A stretch of DNA of 64,000 nucleotides from a virus (lineage: Duplodnaviria; Heunggongvirae; Uroviricota; Caudoviricetes). The DNA is taken from the IMG/VR virus record IMGVR_UViG_2529292828_000009; one strand, given 5' to 3'. The notes below the pieces were generated by a model that did not search any database, was not told the DNA's origin, and worked only from the letters and a program-made list of their open reading frames with translations. The translations under genes and the position numbers were made by a program. Within the stretch, counting starts at the first letter, position 1, and each line of letters opens with the position of its first letter. Of this stretch, positions 20,128 through 31,252 are shown in pieces.

Positions 20128-22764
20128 TTAACGACATTCAGCTGATAGCTGGGTTAATAACTGCTGCTGACTCTCTGGTGGCAGTTGATAATTGGCGACA
20201 CAGTGAGCATTTTCCTCTTCTCCCCATTTCACCTGAACTTTTCCCGCTAAAGGCATTCCGCTGAGGTAAACCTGACCATTATCCGCAACAATGCCGCTAC
20301 TCTGGCTACTCTCTGATGTCACCATCGCCCCAAACGGCAGCGGCTTATTATTGTGGGTTAGCGTCATGAGCAGTTTTATCCCAACGCGCGCTTTAAACTC
20401 TGCTCGCACGATCGCCCCACGAGTGGGAACAACGTTAGCGACCGCGTTATCTAAATCGACGTTATCAGCCAGGGTATTGGTATCCAGCGCCACTCTATTT
20501 TCCCGATATTCAGTGGCATAAGGCAGCACGGCATAACCACGCCAGTCGGTACGCACCCCCGTCTGGTTTTCGACTTTTGCATCTTTTGCGCCAGGCGCTT
20601 TAACAAGCACCACTGTTTCGTTTAACGGCTGCCCCAGCGTTACGCCATTGGCATGAGCCAATACCCCACCGCTGACTCCGTAATAGAGCTGCTTAATATC
20701 ATCGCTATGGCTGTAACCGATATTGGCATTGCCGTAACCACCGCGATAATTCAGCGTGGCGTAGCCTGTACTTCCGCTATTACCATCACCTCCCCCGGCA
20801 TAGCCGGTTTGCACGCTATAGCTGAGGTTGTTGTCTTCCAGCAACGTACCGTATACACCAGCCAGATTGGTCATCCGACCGTTGAGATCGTGTGACATGC
20901 TGTAGCTGGCACTGGCATGTCGCCACTGAGATTTACTGTCAGAACGCAGCCAGTGGCTGAAAGGAATATTGACGTTAAGCGCTAACATCTGATCCCGTCC
21001 TTTTTGCCAGGCGTTTTTCGTCAGGCTATAGCTGAGCGTCCAGTTGATATCTTCGAATGCAGTATTTAAACCAGCCTGGAATTGCTCATCGACATTACTC
21101 GTTCCCCAATAAGTTTGATGGCTACCACTCAAATACAGTGTTGATGTGCGCCCGAGTTGCTGAGTAACGGTGAGCTGTAATTTCCCGCGTTTGTTATAAG
21201 CGAGGTTGTAATAGTCGGTGAATTTCGGCTTAACCTGAATAACTCCGTCCTGTGTTTCGATGTTGTAGCCATTCATTCGACTGTATGTTGTATCAGCGAA
21301 ATTAAAATATCCGCTGGTCGAATAACGGTAACCCACTAACTGAATATTCGTGCCTGACTCATTGAGCGATTTGTTATAGAGAAAACGCACCGATTGTCCG
21401 TCATGCTGACTGTCATCGGGAAGTGTGGAATTAGCCTGCGTCATATCCACAGACAGAGCGCCCAATGCCCCCATGTTTTTCCCGATACCGAAATTAAAAG
21501 CACGATAACGATCCGCCAGTTGCGTTCCACCATATATTGTCCAGCCAGCCGGAAGGCCGTGGAGTAATGTACTCTGGAAAAAGCGGGGTTTTTCCTGCTG
21601 CGCATTTCCACTACGGTATTCTCCTGCCGTAATGGAATAACGAGTATGCCCTTCACGTTGCAAAAGCGGGACTGACGAATAGGGTACGGTAAAAATCTGC
21701 GTGCTGCCGTCAGCCTCTTTGATCGTTACCTGCAAGTCACCACTATTACCTGCGGCATAGATATCGTTGATGGTAAAAGGCCCCGGTGGCACCGTACTAT
21801 TATAAATGTCATACCCATTTTGTTTAATAGTGACCTGTGCAGTACCACGAGCAATACCGTGGATCACCGGGGCAAATCCTCTTTGGCTATCGGGTAACAT
21901 ATTGTCATCTGAGGCCAATTGTGCGCCGCGAAAGTTAATACCATCGAAAATATCGCCCTGAGTATAACCATCACCCAGCGTCAGCCGGGAACGTAACGGT
22001 ATTATGTCTCGCTCAAGCCAGGTATTGATATGCTGCCATTTATTTTTGCTACCTGATGATCTGTCGCTACTGTTATAACTCCAGCTGGTATTGTCGCGTA
22101 AACGCCACGCACCAATATTTAACCCACTCTGTAGGTTTAAATATGCATAATGGTTGTTACCCCCAATCCGATTCTGTACACTATTTCCGCTGAAATTATA
22201 ATTGAGCAATCCGGCATTAATACCGGGATCCCATAACTCAGGAGGAATATAACCACGCGCGCGATTACTCATAAATGCCTGAGGGATCGTCAGGTTGAGT
22301 CGCTGCTGACCAACATCTAAATGCGCAGTAGCGTCATGGATCATGGAGGTTAATGGCACGCAGGCATCATCCGCCAGCAGATTCATACCGGAGACAGAAG
22401 CCGTATTCAGCCCCATACTGGCAAGTTGCGCGCGTGTCAGGCAGGGAACAATCCCTTGTTCGCTGTCGCCCGTATTAAATGTGACATCACGCGTTGCCAT
22501 ATAACCATTATTCAAATAGATATCGACACGATACGTCCCTGGCGGTAATTCTTGCCCATTTTCAAAACGCGATAAATCAGCCACAGCCTGGGGATCATCC
22601 GCTAAAAAGCGCGGATTAAAATAGAGTTCGGCAGATGACAAAGGTGTCTGTGCGGCAAAAGCACAGGCGACAAAGAGCCGGACAAAAAAACCAGCCAAAC
22701 GATGCTTACGAATATGCAAGCATTGTGTGTTTCGCTGGTAAAGTCTTAAATTCAGATATGACAT
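20128..22764 (-). CDS. fimD: Type 1 fimbrial usher FimD
   Basis: 878 aa, recognised FimD. Confidence 0.95.
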   Translation of the reverse strand: MSYLNLRLYQRNTQCLHIRKHRLAGFFVRLFVACAFAAQTPLSSAELYFNPRFLADDPQAVADLSRFENGQELPPGTYRVDIYLNNGYMATRDVTFNTGDSEQGIVPCLTRAQLASMGLNTASVSGMNLLADDACVPLTSMIHDATAHLDVGQQRLNLTIPQAFMSNRARGYIPPELWDPGINAGLLNYNFSGNSVQNRIGGNNHYAYLNLQSGLNIGAWRLRDNTSWSYNSSDRSSGSKNKWQHINTWLERDIIPLRSRLTLGDGYTQGDIFDGINFRGAQLASDDNMLPDSQRGFAPVIHGIARGTAQVTIKQNGYDIYNSTVPPGPFTINDIYAAGNSGDLQVTIKEADGSTQIFTVPYSSVPLLQREGHTRYSITAGEYRSGNAQQEKPRFFQSTLLHGLPAGWTIYGGTQLADRYRAFNFGIGKNMGALGALSVDMTQANSTLPDDSQHDGQSVRFLYNKSLNESGTNIQLVGYRYSTSGYFNFADTTYSRMNGYNIETQDGVIQVKPKFTDYYNLAYNKRGKLQLTVTQQLGRTSTLYLSGSHQTYWGTSNVDEQFQAGLNTAFEDINWTLSYSLTKNAWQKGRDQMLALNVNIPFSHWLRSDSKSQWRHASASYSMSHDLNGRMTNLAGVYGTLLEDNNLSYSVQTGYAGGGDGNSGSTGYATLNYRGGYGNANIGYSHSDDIKQLYYGVSGGVLAHANGVTLGQPLNETVVLVKAPGAKDAKVENQTGVRTDWRGYAVLPYATEYRENRVALDTNTLADNVDLDNAVANVVPTRGAIVRAEFKARVGIKLLMTLTHNNKPLPFGAMVTSESSQSSGIVADNGQVYLSGMPLAGKVQVKWGEEENAHCVANYQLPPESQQQLLTQLSAECR

Positions 22765-22830
22765 TATTCCTCCGGTTTAAAATCACCCGGCAGTCAATTC
22801 TTTTTATTCAGGCGAAAAATTCCCCCTGCG

Positions 22831-23556
22831 TTATTCCATTACGCCCGTCATTTTGGGGGTAAGTGCGCCATAATCATTTATTGTTCGGTAAGTAATATTG
22901 CTTCCCGCATCAGAAGGCAATTTAACCGTGCTTTCGCCCATTGGAGGCACCAAGGCATTTTCAAGAACCCGGGCTCCGGCATTCAACTCTGTTACCGTCA
23001 GGTAATAGGGTGTCGGGTTAATCAGCGTCAGAGAATTCGCGCTACGACGAAATCTTAATTTTTCTGCGGCCTGATCGGGTGGCAACGCTAATTTAGCCGG
23101 ACGATAGTACAGTTTAATGCGGCTGATAATTGCGAGCTGTAGCGTATTCTCAGTCAATTTTGATTTATCCATTGACGGAATCGCTTTAACGTTCATCCAG
23201 AATAAACTTTCCCGGTCCTGTGGCAATTGGTTATTTGTTGCATCAAGAATACGCAAGGTATTCTCTTTTTTTCCCTTCATCGCAAACAGAGGAGGCGTCA
23301 CGATAAAACGACCATCCTTTACACCATCGGCATTTTCCACCCATGATTGAATTAAATAGGTACTATTTTCATCATTATTTGTCACGGCAAGTTGCACTTG
23401 TTTTTGCCCTGCCGGATAAATTACGCGAGTCGCACCTAAGGCCACTCCCGCTTCAGCGCGTCCGGCAACCATCATTGCCATGAACATCAGGATACCTGCC
23501 AGCAAGCAGAATGTTATTTCCTGCGATTTCCTTACATTGACGTTTTTATTACTCAC
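22831..23556 (-). CDS. fimC: Type 1 fimbrial periplasmic chaperone FimC
   Basis: 241 aa, recognised FimC. Confidence 0.95.
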   Translation of the reverse strand: MSNKNVNVRKSQEITFCLLAGILMFMAMMVAGRAEAGVALGATRVIYPAGQKQVQLAVTNNDENSTYLIQSWVENADGVKDGRFIVTPPLFAMKGKKENTLRILDATNNQLPQDRESLFWMNVKAIPSMDKSKLTENTLQLAIISRIKLYYRPAKLALPPDQAAEKLRFRRSANSLTLINPTPYYLTVTELNAGARVLENALVPPMGESTVKLPSDAGSNITYRTINDYGALTPKMTGVME

Positions 23557-23592
23557 TGTCCTGTTCCTGTTATCACATTATCTGCTGAACAA

Positions 23593-24132
23593 TTACTGAT
23601 AGGTTAAAGAGAACCAGGCCTGGGCATTGGCGATGCCGCCAGTAACCCGACGCCCGGTAGCACGATATTTGGCGATGAAATGTAGCGAAGTAGAGCCTGA
23701 GTAAAGCCGTTTCCAGTTTGCTGGAGGACGATTAATCGGTACGAGGTTTCCTTCATCATCAAACAACGCTACGCCAATATTGGTGGCTATCCCTGGCCCC
23801 TCTCCCACGGAAAGCACATCCGGATTTTTACCATCCGCGACACCGTGAAACGCCACACCCACACGTTCACTCACCACCGTGCTACATTCCCGTAAATGAA
23901 TAACAAAAGGCACCGGTGCGCTATCTTCCCCTACCGCATGAAACCGGTTACTGCTGATTTGCCCCATATTGACCGTCATTTGTTTATCACCGGCTTCAAT
24001 CCGGCAAGTTTCCGCAATAATGACGCCCTGAAATTGCATATTTCCGCCGGGCAGCGTGGTATTCCATTTATTTCCGGCCAGAGCAAACATTGGCAGCAAC
24101 GACGCTAATAGAAATAATCTCTTCCTTTTCAT
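23593..24132 (-). CDS. fimI: Fimbrin-like protein FimI
   Basis: Start taken at [13 protein letters not shown] (179 aa); the track ORF is extended upstream. Confidence 0.9.
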
Positions 24133-24196
24133 CGTTATTTTTATCGCACAAGGGTGGGCATCCCTGCCCGTAATGACGTCCCTGAACCTGGGTAGG

Positions 24197-24745
24197 TTAT
24201 TGATACTGAACCTTGAAGGTCGCATCCGCATTAGCAGCACCCGGGGTTGCGGCACCGGTTGCAAAATAACGCGCCTGGAACGGAATGGTGTTGGTTCCGT
24301 TATTCAGGGTTGTTTCTGAACTAAATGTCGCACCGTCCAGCGCCAGCGCAGCACCCGTTCTGTCCAGGATCTGCACACCAACGTTTGTTGCGCTACCCGC
24401 AGCTGAACTCTGCAGAGCCAGAACGTTGGTATGACCCGCATCAATCGCCGTACCTAAAAAGGCAACAGCGGCTTTAGATGCAACATTGGTATCGCAATCA
24501 TTCAGCTGAATGTTAAAACCGACAGCAGAACTGGTCGCTCCTTCCTGTGCCAGCGATGCGGTACGAACCTGTCCTAACTGAACGGTTTGATCAACAGAGC
24601 CTGCATCAACTGCGCAAGCGGCGTTAACAACTTCCCCTTTAAAGTGAACGGTCCCACCATTTACCGTCGTGGCAGCGGCCAGAGCCGCTGTAGAACTGAG
24701 GGACAGAGCCGACAGAACAACGATTGCCAGAGTTTTAATTTTCAT
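24197..24745 (-). CDS. fimA: Type 1 fimbrial major subunit FimA
   Basis: 182 aa, recognised FimA. Confidence 0.95.
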
Positions 24746-24864
24746 GCTGCTTTCCTTTCAAAAAACTATTTCTAAATCGACATGGGCAGTCGTTCTGTAC
24801 ACTTTGTTTTGTCAACGAGTTTGACTGCCAACACTGCACAGTTTTCCCCCAAAAGATGAAACAT

Positions 24865-25178
24865 TTGGGGCCATTTTGACTCATAGAGGAAAGCATCGCG
24901 GACAAACTTTTTCAGTTTATTTGTTGGCTTAATATTCTATTGTTATCTTTATTTATAGATGTTTATATTGCATGAGGTGGTTTTTGGAGAGAAGAATGAG
25001 GAAGATGCGTCGAGCCACAGAAACGTTAGCTTTACATATAGCGGAGGTGATGTGAAATTAATTTATAAGAGAAATAATTTACATATCAAACATTTAGATG
25101 CTTTTTGTCGTTTTTTAATATTTTTATGCTTGAGAAAAAATACGTAACTTATTTATGATATGGACAGTTTGGCCCCAA
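24865..25178. mobile_element. fimS invertible phase-variation switch (314 bp) bounded by 9-bp inverted repeats
   Basis: TTGGGGCCA at 24865-24873 and its complement TGGCCCCAA at 25170-25178. Confidence 0.9.
25130..25159 (+). promoter_or_regulatory. Sigma70-like promoter inside fimS (TTGAGA-18 bp-TATGAT), pointing toward fimE and away from fimA
   Basis: Hexamers read directly at 25130-25135 and 25154-25159 on the plus strand. Confidence 0.55.
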
Positions 25179-25225
25179 TTGTCTTGTATTTATTTGTTTT
25201 TTAACTTTATTATCAATAAGTTAAA

Positions 25226-25822
25226 TCAAACCTCTTCTCTTTTTAATTTTTCGTTTATGAGATTATTTCTTTCCCATAATCCGGCAAAACGAGCAGCATT
25301 ACTGGCGGTATAACGCACAGTATGGCGAATATTTCGATGCCCGAGATAATCCTGAATTAAACGAGTATCTGCACCACGCTCCGCCAGTTCATAACCGCAA
25401 GCATGCCTTAACATATGAGGATGAGTCTGCGTTACGGTTCCAGCTTCAATACCGGCATCGCGAATAATGCGATAGGCCTGCTGGCGAGAAAGCCGACTCC
25501 CGCGGCGAGAAATAAATATAGCGTCAGTCCGGTCAGCGCCTTTCCAGTTAGCACGTTCCTGGGTCCATCGTTCCACGGCTTCACGCTCATCAAAACGTAA
25601 CGGGTGAACGGTAGAAAATCCGTTCTTCAGTCGGCGAATATTTATTCTACCTTCATTAAGGTCAAGGTCCTGATAATGCAGATCAAGCAGTTCACTAATA
25701 CGCATCCCATGCCGATATGCCAACAGAATAAGACAATAATCTCTGGCTCCCGTTGCCCCGTAACAAACCGCCTGCATCATGGCCTGAACTTCTTTACCGG
25801 TAAGATAACGACGTTTACTCAC
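25226..25822 (-). CDS. fimE: fim switch tyrosine recombinase FimE
   Basis: 198 aa, recognised FimE. Confidence 0.95.
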   Translation of the reverse strand: MSKRRYLTGKEVQAMMQAVCYGATGARDYCLILLAYRHGMRISELLDLHYQDLDLNEGRINIRRLKNGFSTVHPLRFDEREAVERWTQERANWKGADRTDAIFISRRGSRLSRQQAYRIIRDAGIEAGTVTQTHPHMLRHACGYELAERGADTRLIQDYLGHRNIRHTVRYTASNAARFAGLWERNNLINEKLKREEV

Positions 25823-26299
25823 AATAGTAGTACTCCTAACTGAGATATATTTGAATGAATACCTATAGGAAACCTCAATCGGTCAAAATTAGCCCAATAG
25901 ATAAAAAGATAACCACACACGGAGTGATGTGGCTATCAGTCAATTACATTAAATATCATACAAAAATAAAATATCACTGATGTGACAACATCTATTTTCA
26001 TTGATTTGATTCAATATAACAATAGATTGCAGTGGATTAACTTCCAGTTGCTTAAAAAATAAAGAAAAAAGTGCGGAAACAGGAGAATTTAAGTGATGTG
26101 TAAATTTATGAATGATTTTGTTTATTTATTTTGAAGAACATAAACCATTGTATTTTGTATGGATATGGTTAACTTAATGTTTATTATGAAAATTAATAAT
26201 CACACTTACAATAACATCAATTAATAAATGGTTAATCATTTTTGATATATCGTAAGAATAATGTAGTTTTTAACACCATCCCTGGTATCTCAACTATCT

Positions 26300-26902
26300 C
26301 TATAAAACAGCGTGACGCTGTCGTCCTCTGGCTCTATCCCAGATGCCGTAAAAACGCCCTGCATTGCTGGCGGTATACCAGACAGTATGACGAATATTGC
26401 GATGCCCAAGATAATCCTGGATAAGTCGCGTATCTATTCCCATATTCGCCAAAGCAAAACCACACGAATGGCGTAACATGTGCGGATGAATCTCCAGTGA
26501 CAACCCGGCATTACCACCGGAAGTCGAGATAATATGGTAAAACTGTTGCCGAGAAAGCGGATTTCCCTTACGAGATAAAAATACCCACTCGCTCTCAGCA
26601 TGCGGGTACGAAGTACGGATACTCAACCAGTTTTTTAAAGCCTGAACTTCTTTGTTCAATAGCGGATGCGTTGTTGAAAAGCCTTTTTTTAATCGATGGA
26701 TATATATACACTTTGCCTTAAGATCAATATCCGAAATCCTCAATCGACAAATTTCACTCGCCCGGAAACCATGAATAAAACAAAGCAAAGTCAGACAATA
26801 ATTACGTGCTGCATGAGGCCCGGTATTTGCTGCTTTAAGGAGTGATTCGATTTCACTATGGGTCAGGAAGTTCCTTTTTTTGTTATCAGCCTTATTCTTC
26901 AT
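26300..26902 (-). CDS. fimB: fim switch tyrosine recombinase FimB
   Basis: Start at MKNKADNKKRNFLTHSE (200 aa). Confidence 0.95.
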   Translation of the reverse strand: MKNKADNKKRNFLTHSEIESLLKAANTGPHAARNYCLTLLCFIHGFRASEICRLRISDIDLKAKCIYIHRLKKGFSTTHPLLNKEVQALKNWLSIRTSYPHAESEWVFLSRKGNPLSRQQFYHIISTSGGNAGLSLEIHPHMLRHSCGFALANMGIDTRLIQDYLGHRNIRHTVWYTASNAGRFYGIWDRARGRQRHAVL

Positions 26903-28357
26903 CGTTTTTCCCTTATAATTACAGACGCGCACTAGCTGTGCTGGGTTAGCAATAATCCAACATTTTTATCCTGATTATGTTTATAAAAGCGAACGTTTGC
27001 TTAATAACTAACGTAAGTGGACCAGTTCTTCTGAGTGAACTTAAATGGAGTAGCAACAGTTAATTATAATAACGTTGCCATACAAACGCCATGCTCTTGC
27101 ATGCTATGTACCTTTATATATTTATCAATCGGATACGAATCTAATAATAACCCTCATCATTAATGCAACTAATCTTATCTATATATCATGTGATATGTTC
27201 TGTAACAAGTAAAATCAACATAAAAAATTCAGCAAAATTTAATATTCGTTCAACTAGCCGTCTCACATATGACATTATTAGTCAACTCCATTTGCCACAA
27301 AATGGCTATTTCATGGAGCGCAGTAATTTCTTAGTGGCTATTATCATGCTAATTCTTAGGTCCCTAGCGATTATTCCTGGCTGATTCGTCAGCTTACGCC
27401 ATGAGATTGTTACATTCCTTTTTATCCTGGAGATATGGGGAACGCAGGAGATGATTTTTTCATCTACATTCGTTGGTAAATATAGCTTTGGTCACTACGA
27501 CTTAAACCTTCCTCAATCACAGCCATTCGCCGGGCGATACGGCAAACAAACTAAGTGAAACATCATCCTGAAAACACCAACATCAACAAGCCTCTCCAGA
27601 TCGACTTCAGAAGTGACCAGTTACAAGCCACAAACCAGGAAACATATTTCATGATGAGAATTATGCTCAGCCTGATGGCGGGTAAACACTGATTTTCACC
27701 ACGCTCACTGAGTTAGCTTGCAAATCTTTCCTTGTTTATACTTTAAATAAATTACTTATAAAACAGATAATTAAACAACAATCTTTGGTTTGTGAAGGCC
27801 TCCGCAAGTGTTCGTCTGGCTTCACATGGCATCTTCTTCTTAGAAAAATATCGACATATTTTGTGACACGAATTGCAAATCTGGTTTTGTTGTATGGATT
27901 GCGTGATTTTTGATCTGGTATAACAGGTATAAAGGTGCGCCAAGATAGTCAATGAGACAGGGCATCTCGCAATCTATGGCAAACATCACTTCAGTTCTTT
28001 CTCATCGGGTGATGAAAACGCACTTCAGTCTGAAAGGAATATGAAAATGAGATCAACAGACATTCTATTTTATGACTCTGGGTAAAATGGATTGAGTAAG
28101 TGATATAGCTTACGAACATTCAAATCAATTAAACATCAGAAGAGATTTTATACTCAGGTATTTAATCTGGATCTCTGTTTATTTAAATAATGTGAAAAGA
28201 GATTTTTCACAGGAGACCTTATACAAAAAAATATAAAATACAGCTACCGGTTGCCAAAGACACTATAAGCCTGGCAAAAAAATATTACACAACATAAATG
28301 CTAATTGTTTATGCGGGCTTTGTATTGCTTTCTGTATCCTACAAATGAGTGAAATTT
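26903..28357. promoter_or_regulatory. Long AT-rich divergent fimB / nanC regulatory intergenic region
   Basis: ~1.45 kb non-coding region between divergent fimB and nanC; known to carry NanR/NagC/IHF sites in K-12 (not individually mapped here). Confidence 0.6.
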
Positions 28358-29074
28358 ATGAAAAAGGCTAAAATACTTTCTGGCGTATTATTACTGTGCT
28401 TTTCGTCACCATTAATTTCTCAGGCTGCAACACTGGACGTACGTGGTGGATATCGTAGTGGAAGCCACGCCTATGAGACTCGACTCAAAGTCAGTGAGGG
28501 ATGGCAAAATGGATGGTGGGCAAGCATGGAAAGTAATACCTGGAATACCATTCATGATAATAAAAAGGAAAATGCCGCACTCAATGATGTTCAGGTTGAA
28601 GTTAATTACGCAATTAAACTTGATGATCAATGGACGGTGCGCCCGGGAATGTTAACGCATTTTAGCAGCAACGGCACACGCTACGGACCCTACGTAAAAC
28701 TGTCCTGGGACGCGACAAAAGATCTTAATTTTGGCATTCGCTATCGTTACGACTGGAAAGCTTACCGACAACAAGACTTATCCGGTGATATGTCTCGTGA
28801 TAACGTTCATCGTTGGGATGGATATGTCACTTACCATATTAATAGTGATTTCACCTTCGCATGGCAAACGACGCTATACAGCAAACAGAACGATTATCGC
28901 TATGCAAACCATAAGAAATGGGCGACGGAAAATGCATTTGTTCTACAATACCATATGACGCCCGATATTACGCCATACATAGAATATGACTACCTTGACC
29001 GTCAGGGTGTTTACAACGGCAGAGATAATTTATCGGAAAACAGTTATCGCATTGGTGTGTCATTTAAACTGTAG
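28358..29074 (+). CDS. nanC: N-acetylneuraminic acid outer-membrane channel NanC (KdgM family)
   Basis: Start at MKKAKILSGVLLL; 238 aa. Confidence 0.9.
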   Translation: MKKAKILSGVLLLCFSSPLISQAATLDVRGGYRSGSHAYETRLKVSEGWQNGWWASMESNTWNTIHDNKKENAALNDVQVEVNYAIKLDDQWTVRPGMLTHFSSNGTRYGPYVKLSWDATKDLNFGIRYRYDWKAYRQQDLSGDMSRDNVHRWDGYVTYHINSDFTFAWQTTLYSKQNDYRYANHKKWATENAFVLQYHMTPDITPYIEYDYLDRQGVYNGRDNLSENSYRIGVSFKL

Positions 29075-29093
29075 TAGACAGGAGACAGTCACA

Positions 29094-30200
29094 ATGAATA
29101 AAACAATAACGGCGCTTGCTATCATGATGGCTTCATTTGCCGCAAACGCGTCTGTATTACCGGAAACTCCTGTGCCATTTAAAAGTGGTACCGGAGCAAT
29201 TGATAACGACACTGTCTACATTGGTTTAGGTAGCGCAGGTACGGCATGGTACAAGCTGGATACACAGGCCAAAGATAAAAAATGGACAGCGTTAGCTGCA
29301 TTCCCTGGTGGACCAAGAGATCAAGCAACCTCGGCATTTATTGATGGCAATCTGTATGTGTTTGGCGGCATTGGCAAAAATAGCAAGGGCTTGACTCAGG
29401 TATTTAATGACGTACACAAATACAACCCCAAAACCAATAGTTGGGTTAAATTGATGTCGCATGCACCGATGGGCATGGCGGGTCATGTGACTTTTGTACA
29501 CAACGGCAAGGCTTATGTTACTGGCGGTGTTAACCAGAATATCTTCAATGGCTATTTTGAAGATCTCAACGAGGCTGGAAAAGATTCAGCAACTATAGAC
29601 AAGATCAATGCCCATTATTTTGACAAAAAAGCAGAAGATTATTTCTTCAATAAGTTTCTGTTGTCTTTTGATCCCTCAACACAGCAATGGAGTTACGCTG
29701 GCGAATCTCCCTGGTACGGAACGGCTGGTGCGGCGCTTGTGAATAAAGGTGATAAAACCTGGCTTATTAATGGCGAAGCCAAACCAGGATTGCGAACGGA
29801 TGCCGTATTTGAACTTGATTTCACCGGTAATAATTTAAAATGGAATAAGCTTGCTCCCGTCTCATCACCAGATGGCGTCGCTGGCGGTTTTGCGGGGATA
29901 AGCAATGATTCTCTTATATTTGCCGGAGGGGCCGGATTCAAAGGTTCACGAGAAAATTACCAGAACGGTAAGAACTATGCGCATGAAGGCCTAAAAAAAT
30001 CATATAGCACTGATATTCATCTTTGGCATAACGGGAAATGGGATAAATCGGGTGAATTATCGCAAGGTCGGGCCTACGGAGTATCATTGCCCTGGAATAA
30101 TAGTCTATTGATTATTGGCGGTGAAACTGCAGGCGGCAAAGCGGTGACGGATTCAGTTTTGATCTCTGTGAAGGATAATAAAGTCACAGTACAAAATTAA
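29094..30200 (+). CDS. nanM: N-acetylneuraminate mutarotase NanM (Kelch-repeat)
   Basis: Start at MNKTITALAIMMASFAANA; 368 aa. Confidence 0.9.
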   Translation: MNKTITALAIMMASFAANASVLPETPVPFKSGTGAIDNDTVYIGLGSAGTAWYKLDTQAKDKKWTALAAFPGGPRDQATSAFIDGNLYVFGGIGKNSKGLTQVFNDVHKYNPKTNSWVKLMSHAPMGMAGHVTFVHNGKAYVTGGVNQNIFNGYFEDLNEAGKDSATIDKINAHYFDKKAEDYFFNKFLLSFDPSTQQWSYAGESPWYGTAGAALVNKGDKTWLINGEAKPGLRTDAVFELDFTGNNLKWNKLAPVSSPDGVAGGFAGISNDSLIFAGGAGFKGSRENYQNGKNYAHEGLKKSYSTDIHLWHNGKWDKSGELSQGRAYGVSLPWNNSLLIIGGETAGGKAVTDSVLISVKDNKVTVQN

Positions 30201-30264
30201 CGCTTCAGGGCCCCGGTAAAGGGGCCTTGCTATCAATTTGTCATTTCAATTACGCGAAATTTAT

Positions 30265-31245
30265 ATGAACGCAATAATATCGCCCGATTATTACTATGTT
30301 CTTACCGTTGCTGGTCAGTCTAATGCCATGGCGTATGGCGAAGGACTGCCATTACCGGACAGGGAAGATGCGCCTCATCCCAGAATTAAACAATTAGCGA
30401 GATTTGCGCATACGCATCCCGGAGGCCCGTCATGTCACTTTAACGACATTATTCCACTGACTCACTGCCCACACGATGTTCAGGATATGCAGGGTTATCA
30501 CCATCCTCTGGCAACGAATCATCAAACACAGTACGGCACCGTTGGCCAGGCACTGCATATTGCACGGAAATTACTACCCTTTATTCCTGATAATGCAGGG
30601 GTTCTCATCGTTCCATGTTGCCGTGGCGGATCGGCTTTTACCGCGGGCAGCGAAGGGACATATTCAGAACGGCACGGAGCCAGCCATGATGCTTGTCGTT
30701 GGGGAACGGATACTCCGCTGTACCAGGATTTAGTCAGCAGAACGCGAGCCGCACTGGCAAAAAATCCGCAGAACAAATTCCTCGGCGTATGCTGGATGCA
30801 AGGCGAATTTGACTTAATGACCAGTGACTACGCGTCACACCCTCAACACTTTAATCATATGGTTGAAGCCTTTCGTAGGGATCTAAAACAATACCATTCT
30901 CAGCTTAATAATATTACTGACGCGCCGTGGTTTTGCGGCGATACCACCTGGTACTGGAAAGAAAATTTCCCGCATTCGTATGAAGCTATTTATGGCAATT
31001 ATCAAAATAATGTTTTAGCCAATATTATTTTCGTCGACTTCCAGCAACAAGGTGAAAGAGGACTGACGAACGCGCCTGATGAAGACCCGGACGATTTAAG
31101 CACGGGATATTACGGTTCAGCGTACCGGTCACCGGAGAACTGGACGACGGCACTGCGAAGCAGTCATTTCAGCACGGCAGCCCGTCGGGGGGTTATTTCT
31201 GACAGGTTTGTAGAAGCAATTTTGCAGTTTTGGCGTGAAAAGTGA
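30265..31245 (+). CDS. nanS: 9-O-acetyl-N-acetylneuraminate esterase NanS
   Basis: Start at MNAIISPDYYYVLTVAGQSNA; 326 aa. Confidence 0.9.
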   Translation: MNAIISPDYYYVLTVAGQSNAMAYGEGLPLPDREDAPHPRIKQLARFAHTHPGGPSCHFNDIIPLTHCPHDVQDMQGYHHPLATNHQTQYGTVGQALHIARKLLPFIPDNAGVLIVPCCRGGSAFTAGSEGTYSERHGASHDACRWGTDTPLYQDLVSRTRAALAKNPQNKFLGVCWMQGEFDLMTSDYASHPQHFNHMVEAFRRDLKQYHSQLNNITDAPWFCGDTTWYWKENFPHSYEAIYGNYQNNVLANIIFVDFQQQGERGLTNAPDEDPDDLSTGYYGSAYRSPENWTTALRSSHFSTAARRGVISDRFVEAILQFWREK

Positions 31246-31252
31246 GCGTTCA

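Noticed and set aside
20291-20895. Short plus-strand ORFs inside fimD
   Set aside because: Antisense to the full-length usher gene.
27163-27384. 73-aa ORF in the fimB-nanC intergenic region
   Set aside because: AT-rich regulatory intergenic region that is non-coding in K-12 as far as I know; no RBS or conserved motif.
30207-30235. Hairpin GGCCCC-GGTAAA-GGGGCC between nanM and nanS as a terminator
   Set aside because: Weak U-tail, and nanM-nanS are expected to be co-transcribed; at most an attenuator, not called.
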